Source: a virus. From it: a stretch of 64,000 nucleotides of DNA. The stretch lies in IMG/VR virus record IMGVR_UViG_3300018475_000123. One strand, written 5' to 3'. The notes under the pieces were generated by a model that searched no databases, had not been told where the DNA came from, and worked only from the letters and a program-made list of their open reading frames with translations. Position numbers and translations under genes: made by a program. Within the stretch, counting starts at the first letter, position 1; each line of letters begins with the position of its first letter. This document shows positions 57,533-64,000 of this stretch, one piece after another.

Positions 57533-58174
57533 TTAGTAGGAGACCTCAATCTCCGTCACAGAATTGGACACGGACAGAGCCGCATCCACATCGACCGTGA
57601 AGTCATTGATGACCTGCTCCAGACGCTCGATCTCAACCTTGACCTTGATAGGGTCAACCAGCTCGAAGGTTTGAGCCGCAACGAAGTCGGCACGGACTTT
57701 CTTGACTTCCTCGGTTGCGTTCTTCATATCCGTATTGCCATACAGGCTGCGGATGTACTCGTCCGCTCTGCTCTCCAGAGCATCGCCGTTGTTGACATTG
57801 GCTTCACGCTGGGCACGGACATAGTCGGTATTGATCTTGGACAGGAGAGCCTGCAGATAGCCAATGCCATGGTTCTTCATCTCGATAGCCTCGGCCACAG
57901 TGTACTCCACGCCGGAGACCACGACCTTGGTGGTGGCATTGGACAGAACGACAGCACGCTTGATGGCGTTGCGGCGTGCGATCAAATCCTGGGCTTTCTG
58001 ATAGCCGGATTTCATCTGCTCACAGTAGTCAGACACCGTGATGCCGTTGATCTTATTGTTGGCGTGCTTATTTGCCACCACGAAAGGAATGGCGTTGGTG
58101 GCCTTGTTGATACGGCTTTCCATGGTCTTGAGTTCGACCAAAGCCTTATGGACGGTCATTTTCTCAGTTGTCAT
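57533..58174 (-). CDS. hypothetical protein
   Basis: 213 aa. Confidence 0.35.
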   Translation of the reverse strand: MTTEKMTVHKALVELKTMESRINKATNAIPFVVANKHANNKINGITVSDYCEQMKSGYQKAQDLIARRNAIKRAVVLSNATTKVVVSGVEYTVAEAIEMKNHGIGYLQALLSKINTDYVRAQREANVNNGDALESRADEYIRSLYGNTDMKNATEEVKKVRADFVAAQTFELVDPIKVKVEIERLEQVINDFTVDVDAALSVSNSVTEIEVSY

Positions 58175-58307
58175 AAACCTTGCTCCTTAAACTTTAGTAA
58201 TATGCGGACTTAAACCCTCTGCAAAACAGTCCGCTCGGCGTCCCAATACACTACAGATTGCTATTGGAGGGGGAACAATCACGCCGTTTCCCTATGCGGT
58301 GGCCGGA

Positions 58308-58586
58308 TTACTCCCCGGCCACACAGTCTTTCAAATTCTTGCCAGCTTTGAAGCTGGGAGAACGCTTGGGTTTAATCATAACCACCTCGTTGGTTTTGGG
58401 GTTACGACCAGTGCGTCCGGCACGCTCTTTGACCTCGAAAGTTCCGAACCCAACGAGCTGCACCTTATCACCGGAAGCCATAGCATCGGTGATGGTTTTG
58501 AGCGTTGCATCCAATACTTTCTCAGCGATCCGCTTGGACACTTCTGCATTGGCGGCGATGCCGTCAATCAATTCTGCCTTGTTCAT
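58308..58586 (-). CDS. hup: HU/IHF-family DNA-binding protein
   Basis: MNKAELIDGIA...GDKVQLVGFGTFEVKERAGRTGRNPKTNEVVMIKPKRSPSFKAGKNLKD is collinear with HU. Confidence 0.8.
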   Translation of the reverse strand: MNKAELIDGIAANAEVSKRIAEKVLDATLKTITDAMASGDKVQLVGFGTFEVKERAGRTGRNPKTNEVVMIKPKRSPSFKAGKNLKDCVAGE

Positions 58587-58932
58587 ACCGGGCAAACTCC
58601 TCTCTGACTTCTTCGGGCGTTGCTCTGCGAGCCAACCCCATCGAAATCAGTTGGTCGGCAAAGCCGGGAGGGAAAATGCAGTCGGGAACAAGCATAGTTT
58701 CCGGTTCGCTCGGCGTCGCATGATCGAAAATCTTCCTAATAGCGCTGGCAAAGGCATCGAAAACATCTTCGCCAACATCATAGCAGTCGATATCGCCATC
58801 GCACTCAGTGAGGTAGTGGCTGAGCGCATCGACTTCCTGTTGGGTAAACTCAATAGACACCCTGTTGTCGGCAGAGTGCTCTGCTCTCAGCGGTTTCAGG
58901 CCGGAGCCGTTAATGTTCTGCATATCCACCAT
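58564..58932 (-). CDS. hypothetical acidic protein
   Basis: 122 aa. Confidence 0.3.
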   Translation of the reverse strand: MVDMQNINGSGLKPLRAEHSADNRVSIEFTQQEVDALSHYLTECDGDIDCYDVGEDVFDAFASAIRKIFDHATPSEPETMLVPDCIFPPGFADQLISMGLARRATPEEVREEFARYEQGRID

Positions 58933-59226
58933 CCTTTTTCAGTTGAATATCGTTATCGCAGTATTCGCAGGGATACACTTCCGAATTACCGTCGGCATCG
59001 AACTCAAAATTCCCGTGGAATAACACGATTGAACCGCACTTAGCACATATGCCGAAGACATCAGCCTTGCTCATGCTGCACTACCCTCGGCATCAGCCAA
59101 TTCCTGGCGAGCTTCCTGAATAGAGTCGGCAGAGAACTGAAAAACTCCATTGAGAAATACTTCGATATGCTCTCCACGAACCCATCTGAACTCATAGTCT
59201 CCCATGGTCTGCCTCCTCCGTTTGAT

Positions 59227-59505
59227 TTACTTAATCGTGATAAGGATCAGCGCACGGACGAACTTCATGACCCATGCCGGTGCATAGAACAGGTTGGCAA
59301 AAATCCTTCCGACCAAGCACTGCCCATCGACAAAATCTCGCTTCATCTCTCGTGCGCTCCAAAGGTGAGCGGTAATCAGATTGACCACCACATAAAGAAC
59401 GATGATGATTATTGTTACAGCCGTCACAGCATTACCTCCAAAACTCTTTACTTGATGCACAAGGTCTTGTTCAGAATCCTGCCGCTTCCGGTGTACTGGT
59501 AGCAT
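59227..59505 (-). CDS. small membrane protein
   Basis: TM helix AVTAVTIIIIVLYVVVNLI. Confidence 0.3.
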   Translation of the reverse strand: MLPVHRKRQDSEQDLVHQVKSFGGNAVTAVTIIIIVLYVVVNLITAHLWSAREMKRDFVDGQCLVGRIFANLFYAPAWVMKFVRALILITIK

Positions 59506-60143
59506 TGGAAGAACAACAGATTGCCGTACTTCAAATACTCCAACTCATCGTCAATGTAGAACCTTGGACGCTCGATAAACTTATCGGCTATGACCTTGAG
59601 TTGTACGATTTTCTTTCTCTTGCCTTTGTTGGCGTAGATTCGCTGGGGTTTCGGCAAACTCCACTTTTCCAGATAATCAAGAATGACGCTCTCCATCGGA
59701 TTTGCGCTATTGATGAAAATGGAAAACCCCTCTTCGCAAAGCCAGCGATAGAGGGGATGGAATTTCTTATTCGTGATGGTACGATCGAAGTCCAGAACCA
59801 CGATGGGAGACGATGCCTTATACACTCTGAGCAAATCGATCACGCTGTCTTTGTCGGCCTTGACGATCTCGTCGGCATCATCAAAGCTGAACTCACGAGT
59901 TACTTTATAGATACCTCGAAGCTGATTGGTCAGAAAGGTTATGTACGACATGAGCCCTCTGAACTGCATCATATCGAGATATCCGGCCAGCTCCTCCTCA
60001 GAGAAAATCTGATACACAAACAGGCTCTTCATCAGATGCTTGAGCCGGATGGTTTCCCGGCGGGTCAGCAGCGTTTTAGAAATACCATGTTTGTTGCACA
60101 GTTCTGTCGGCATCCCGGTCAGATAGTGCTCGGCGATGTTCAC
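59448..60143 (-). CDS. HAD-superfamily phosphatase-like protein
   Basis: Motif I VVLDFDRTITNK (DxDxT). No P-loop kinase motif. Confidence 0.4.
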   Translation of the reverse strand: MNIAEHYLTGMPTELCNKHGISKTLLTRRETIRLKHLMKSLFVYQIFSEEELAGYLDMMQFRGLMSYITFLTNQLRGIYKVTREFSFDDADEIVKADKDSVIDLLRVYKASSPIVVLDFDRTITNKKFHPLYRWLCEEGFSIFINSANPMESVILDYLEKWSLPKPQRIYANKGKRKKIVQLKVIADKFIERPRFYIDDELEYLKYGNLLFFQCYQYTGSGRILNKTLCIK

Positions 60144-60334
60144 ACGATCACAACCTTTCGGGTAAACAATGCGTAAAGACCGAGCGGGAGTATCAAGAGA
60201 ACTGCGGTGCAGTCACGGTCTTCGATACTGGTTCCGGTGCTTGCAACCCAAAGGGCGATGGCACAGATCAGGATGATGCCAATTCCATAAAGGCGCTGCT
60301 CGAAAATCTTCCGCTTATACTGCGATTTCGACAT
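60140..60334 (-). CDS. small membrane protein (track ORF trimmed; its N-terminal part runs through a tRNA gene)
   Basis: MSKSQYKRK...GIGIILICAIALWVASTG. Confidence 0.3.
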   Translation of the reverse strand: MSKSQYKRKIFEQRLYGIGIILICAIALWVASTGTSIEDRDCTAVLLILPLGLYALFTRKVVIV

Positions 60335-60359
60335 GAGCAAACCCTCCGTTTCTTTTGAT

Positions 60360-60442
60360 GGTGCAGGATAAGAGACTTGAACTCTTACGCTAAGAGCAGC
60401 GGTACTTGAAGCCGCCGTGTCTACCAATTCCACCAATCCTGC
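60360..60442 (-). tRNA. tRNA-Leu (CAA)
   Basis: GCAGGAT..GCGGC-TTCAAGT-ACCGC, long variable arm, AAGAG-TTCAAGT-CTCTT, ATCCTGC-A-CCA. Confidence 0.65.
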
Positions 60443-60443
60443 A

Positions 60444-60519
60444 TGGTGCGCCAAGTGGGACTCGAACCCACGACCACCGCCTTAAAAGGGCGGTGCTCTA
60501 CCAACTGAGCTATTGGCGC
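60444..60519 (-). tRNA. tRNA-Lys (UUU)
   Basis: GCGCCAA..GCTCAGTTGGTAGAGC..CCGCC-CTTTTAA-GGCGG..GTGGG-TTCGAGT-CCCAC..TTGGCGC-A-CCA. Confidence 0.75.
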
Positions 60520-60725
60520 ATGACTTACCGATAGTTACGCTGGCGAATAATCAGACCGTGAAAGTTCTTCATCTCACGAATCTGGTTATCGGTGAAAGTT
60601 CCGCAGGTGTAATACCCGTCCTCAAACCAAAGTCCCTTAAACATCAGTAAAACCTCCCGGAGAAAGAAAAAGCCACCAGTGAGCGAAAACTCCTGGTGGC
60701 TTAGTCGATCTGATATGCTGTTGTA

Positions 60726-61157
60726 TTAGATAGGAGTAAGCAAACCATGGAAAGTGAATGTCAACCTGACCTTGTTCGCTTTCAGCGGATAGATTTCCGT
60801 GTTGCTTGCAAACTCCGACGCTCTGGAAAACCCTTCGATATCAACAATGTCCAGAGATACGCCCTCAACTCGGACAACTCCGACATTGGCATCAAACTCA
60901 TGCTGCTTGCACTCGACCTTGGCTTCGCTGTTGGTTTCCCGCAAAACCTTTTTAATCATGGCGCAAGAGAACCGCATTTGCTGAACTCGTGGGTAATTCA
61001 GAATAGATACTTCGTTTCTGGGGAGTGTTTTGAGATACTCGATTAACGCATCGATCTCGGCAAAATCCGTATCATTAAACTCCTCGGACTCAAAGCACTT
61101 TTCAAAATCCTCCAACATTCCACCTCCCTTGATTGTAGGAAAAACCTGGCACAGCAT
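60726..61157 (-). CDS. hypothetical protein
   Basis: 143 aa. Confidence 0.3.
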   Translation of the reverse strand: MLCQVFPTIKGGGMLEDFEKCFESEEFNDTDFAEIDALIEYLKTLPRNEVSILNYPRVQQMRFSCAMIKKVLRETNSEAKVECKQHEFDANVGVVRVEGVSLDIVDIEGFSRASEFASNTEIYPLKANKVRLTFTFHGLLTPI

Positions 61158-61242
61158 GACTGTGATAAACCTCTTATTATAGTATAATCGGACTTCGTCC
61201 TTGTGTCAATTTGCAGATTATACAGTTCCTTGCGTGCCAAGA

Positions 61243-61312
61243 TATCCACTCTGCGTTTACACAGGCTTGTGACTGTTTATCGAAAACTCGATAAGCCGCA
61301 TTAGACAGAGTT
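61243..61312. repeat. intergenic repeat copy A (gcgtttacacRggctKg ... aagccgcattagaSa)
   Basis: About 65-bp element shared with 62107-62175. Contains the sub-motif cgaaaactcgataagcc, which recurs at 62300-62325 and 62381-62400. Confidence 0.5.
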
Positions 61313-61432
61313 GGCTTCCACCTCATTTAACGCTGCTACCTCGGAATACAGCGCACCAATCCCCATTGATAAAAGCCCGTTCGGGTATAATTTGGATCAA
61401 AAACCCGACGGTACACCCGTTAGGGTATAGTT

Positions 61433-61507
61433 TGGTAGCCCGTAGGAGAGTCGAACTCCTGTCTCTGGATTGAAAATCCAGCGTCTTGACCGCTTGACTA
61501 ACGGGCC
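61433..61507 (-). tRNA. tRNA-Glu (UUC)
   Basis: GGCCCGT..GTCAAGCGGTCAAGAC..CTGGA-TTTTCAA-TCCAG..AGGAG-TTCGACT-CTCCT..ACGGGCT-A-CCA. Confidence 0.65.
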
Positions 61508-61516
61508 ATAAGCCGG

Positions 61517-61684
61517 TTACACCAGACCGGCTACGAAACAGGCCATCGAGAAAAACCCGATGGAGAACGGAACGGTGAACCGGACGATACTCTGAATACG
61601 AGCATTCCGGCGCTCAGACTTGCGGCGACGGCGGCGGGCGCACTTTGCGCTATACGCCATAGCTCTCGCTTCTCTCTCAGACAT
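61517..61684 (-). CDS. 55-aa basic small protein with C-terminal TM helix (an alternative frame to the track ORF 61531-61716)
   Basis: MSEREARAMAYSAKCARRRRRKSERRNARIQSIVRFTVPFSIGFFSMACFVAGLV, with a ggagggg RBS 9 nt upstream. Confidence 0.35.
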   Translation of the reverse strand: MSEREARAMAYSAKCARRRRRKSERRNARIQSIVRFTVPFSIGFFSMACFVAGLV

Positions 61685-61699
61685 AAATAACCCCTCCGA

Positions 61700-61924
61700 T
61701 TAGAAAAAATTATCAAGGATAATCAGGTGGAACCACTTGGTTTCCTTCTCATAGCCAGCATACTCTGTTATGATTTCCACCATCTCGGTATCATCCGGCA
61801 TAATCTTGTTAATGCCAATGTAGGGAAATCTGACCTTTCTTGCAATTACCAGATACGGCTTACGCTCACAGGCCATCGCTTTACCTCTCTTTCGCAGTAT
61901 CAAGGGCAGCGACCGTGATAGCAT
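61700..61924 (-). CDS. hypothetical protein
   Basis: 74 aa. Confidence 0.3.
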   Translation of the reverse strand: MLSRSLPLILRKRGKAMACERKPYLVIARKVRFPYIGINKIMPDDTEMVEIITEYAGYEKETKWFHLIILDNFF

Positions 61925-62150
61925 GAGTTACAGCGATTGCGCATCTGTCACACTCGATACGCATACCACGCTCACAGCAGACCCGACAGGAATACTTAAA
62001 ACTCCGATTGGCTTCATGCTTGTTGGACGCTTCATACTGCAATTCCACGCCAACCTGCTCAAACTTAGTCACGGTAGCACCTCCAATATTCAGTTCTCTC
62101 TGCTCTGCGTTTACACGGGCTGGCAACCGTTTGGAGAACCCAAGCCGCAT
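61881..62150 (-). CDS. hypothetical Cys-rich protein
   Basis: CRVCCERGMRIECDRC. Confidence 0.25.
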   Translation of the reverse strand: MRLGFSKRLPARVNAEQRELNIGGATVTKFEQVGVELQYEASNKHEANRSFKYSCRVCCERGMRIECDRCAIAVTHAITVAALDTAKER

Positions 62151-62175
62151 TAGAGATGGCGCCCGCTATAATTTC
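62107..62175. repeat. intergenic repeat copy B
   Basis: gcgtttacacgggctgg...caagccgcattagagatgg matches copy A at both ends. Confidence 0.5.
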
Positions 62176-62534
62176 AATATCCGCTGATACAGAAAACTCC
62201 TGCAAGGGCGCCGATTACAGGAAACTCTGCACCGGCTTTAGGCAGCTTGTTGCTGCCGTCACCGCCTGATACTCGCTCAGGCAGAAGCCATCCATGGGCA
62301 AGGTTGCCGAAAACTCGGATTAGCCCTCTGGAAAGAAAACCGCCGACAGAAACTCCATCGGCGGCTTATCTGCGATAGATCAAAAACTCGGACTTTCGAT
62401 AACATTGGTCACAACTGTGCGACCGCTCAGCGCTTCTCGCGCTAAAACCCACGCCTCGTCAATACCCGAAGCATTGACGAAGCAAGTGGGCAGGTTAGGG
62501 TTATACCCATAACCAAAAACCGCATACCGCCTCA

Positions 62535-63287
62535 TTAGGCGTCTTTCTTGGTCTTGAAGTCCACCTCATAGGTGGCGCCGGGAGTGACAATGCGATGGCA
62601 GACCTCAGCCAAATAGTTACGGAAGTACCGGTGGTTGGCACAGGTCACGGTCAGAGCCTTGCGGTTCTTCTTGGAATAGACAGACATCAGATAATTGACA
62701 TCGTGAGAGGTGGCCTTATAGTCGCCGCCCAACATAGCGGTGACAACGGTCTGCAGGGTCTTGAGCAGGTTGGTCTTGCTGGTGGGGTTCTTGCCCATGT
62801 CAAACTCACGGGCGATCTCGCTCATAGCGTAACTGTCATTGACAGCCTTGGGGTCGATGCCGAGGTCGACGCACTTCTGCGCAGTCAGCAGGAAGTTCAT
62901 CTTCATGGCGATATGGCTCCAATTCTCATTGGCGCCGATAGAGCCACAATACTTGTGGAGCTTGAGCAGGTCGATCTGGCGTTCCTTGTCGATGATGGAA
63001 CGGACGGGAACCTTGTCATCACCCTTTTTCTCGTCCTTGACGCCGATAGTCACAAAGGACAGGGTCTTGACGGCGGTGAGCATGGGGTCATCGGAGTTCT
63101 TGCAGTCCTCGAAACACATATCACGGACTACGGCGGTGTACTCGTTGATCTTCTCGGTGATAGCAGCATCGGCCTTGGTGGCCTCCTCATACTTGCCGCC
63201 CTGGATAGCCTCGTTGTAGTCCTTGACAAGGGCTTCGGCTTCAGACCGCAACTGCGCCAATTTGGCAATGTTTTCTTCTCTGGTCAT
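62535..63287 (-). CDS. hypothetical protein
   Basis: 250 aa. Confidence 0.35.
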   Translation of the reverse strand: MTREENIAKLAQLRSEAEALVKDYNEAIQGGKYEEATKADAAITEKINEYTAVVRDMCFEDCKNSDDPMLTAVKTLSFVTIGVKDEKKGDDKVPVRSIIDKERQIDLLKLHKYCGSIGANENWSHIAMKMNFLLTAQKCVDLGIDPKAVNDSYAMSEIAREFDMGKNPTSKTNLLKTLQTVVTAMLGGDYKATSHDVNYLMSVYSKKNRKALTVTCANHRYFRNYLAEVCHRIVTPGATYEVDFKTKKDA

Positions 63288-63877
63288 TTTGAAATGCCCC
63301 TTTCATAGATTTTGGGTGATGGTTTATCACTCAAGAAAGCCGCCGAAAATCCAGCCTTAGCGGGAAAGTCGGCGGCTCTATCAATGATAAACTCAACACT
63401 CGTGGGTGACACCGGCTCTGCACTTAGCCCGATGGGAACATATCTGCCCCATTCAGCCGTTGCAGTATCTAACGGTGTGCGTATCATTCCTAATACTCAC
63501 CCGTGTTGAGGAATTTGCTTTTATTCGCAATACTCAATCAAATCCGACTTTTATATCTTAATGCCCTCATTACCGGCTCCTCGGAGCACTTCACCCTTGG
63601 GTGGATAACTCGGACAATACTACTTGCCCTCATTGACCTTTCTCGTATAGTCATCAGTTCCGCAAGCCGCGTTTAGGCTCATAGACACAAACCTCCGGGG
63701 ATTTTCACTATCTCGTACCTATGGCCTAACTCCATAGCACCGGCGACGGCGGCCTTTAGCCGCAAAACTGTGATTTATAGTCCCTCAGTCGGACATTCTG
63801 TGCGGCCCGTCCGCACTCCATGGCTAAACCATGGCCGCTCACCTTTTGCGTTGGTGAGTTACGGCAAGGGGTTTTCA

Positions 63878-64000
63878 CCCTTGCACCCCTAACCGCAAAG
63901 GGGGGTCACCCTTGCCCGAAGTGGGGCGGCGGTGTTCCCTTGTCGGTGGGAGCGGTGCGGGGCGGCTTGCCCTTGCACCCCTAACCGCAAAGGGGGGTCA
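63878..64000. repeat. 31-bp direct repeat cccttgcacccctaaccgcaaaggggggtca, two copies (63878-63908 and 63970-64000) separated by a 61-bp GC-rich spacer, truncated by the window end
   Basis: Exact duplication visible in the sequence. Each copy has an internal cccc...gggg hairpin. Confidence 0.5.

Noticed and set aside
63878-64000. CRISPR array
   Set aside because: Only two repeat copies are seen, the 61-bp GC-rich spacer is atypical, and no cas genes are present. It is reported as a generic direct repeat.

Overview
The window is almost entirely minus-strand genes from a large tailed phage or prophage. The tRNA genes end in CCA and the ribosome-binding sites look like GGAGG, which suggests a Gram-positive host. 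No virion structural genes were recognised. The window holds five modules.

1. Replication and recombination (1.1-9.4 kb): a DnaE-type Pol III alpha, a DnaG-like primase with a degenerate zinc finger, a DnaB-like helicase, a Cas4-like PD-(D/E)XK nuclease, SSB, an ERF-like annealase and an HD hydrolase.

2. Regulation (10.5-12.4 kb): a MazF/PemK-like toxin gene sits next to a divergently transcribed CI-like repressor (HTH plus S24 peptidase) with palindromic operators.

3. Metabolic genes: a NifS/IscS cysteine desulfurase, FolD, two PAPS-reductase-family PP-loop proteins, metallophosphoesterases, an HNH-AP2 endonuclease and many small Zn-ribbon ORFs.

4. A dense likely counter-defence region (27.8-44 kb):
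- a tRNA repair and maturation set: Thg1-like guanylyltransferase, CCA-adding enzyme, a Pol-beta nucleotidyltransferase, an ATP-dependent RNA ligase and RtcB
- a macro domain protein and an SPFH protein
- an NAD+ module: NadE, a NAMPT-family enzyme, a Prs-like pyrophosphokinase and a PncA-like hydrolase, which is NARP1-like
- a highly acidic protein that may be a DNA mimic

5. A tRNA-rich region (44-61.5 kb) with at least 13 tRNA genes, including a 110-nt Tyr-like tRNA with a giant variable arm. Embedded in it are:
- a stand-alone reverse transcriptase preceded by about 400 bp of structured non-coding sequence
- an E1-like (ThiF) plus JAB/MPN gene pair
- a radical SAM enzyme
- an HU gene
- families of intergenic repeats

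All calls come from reading motifs by eye; no searches were run.
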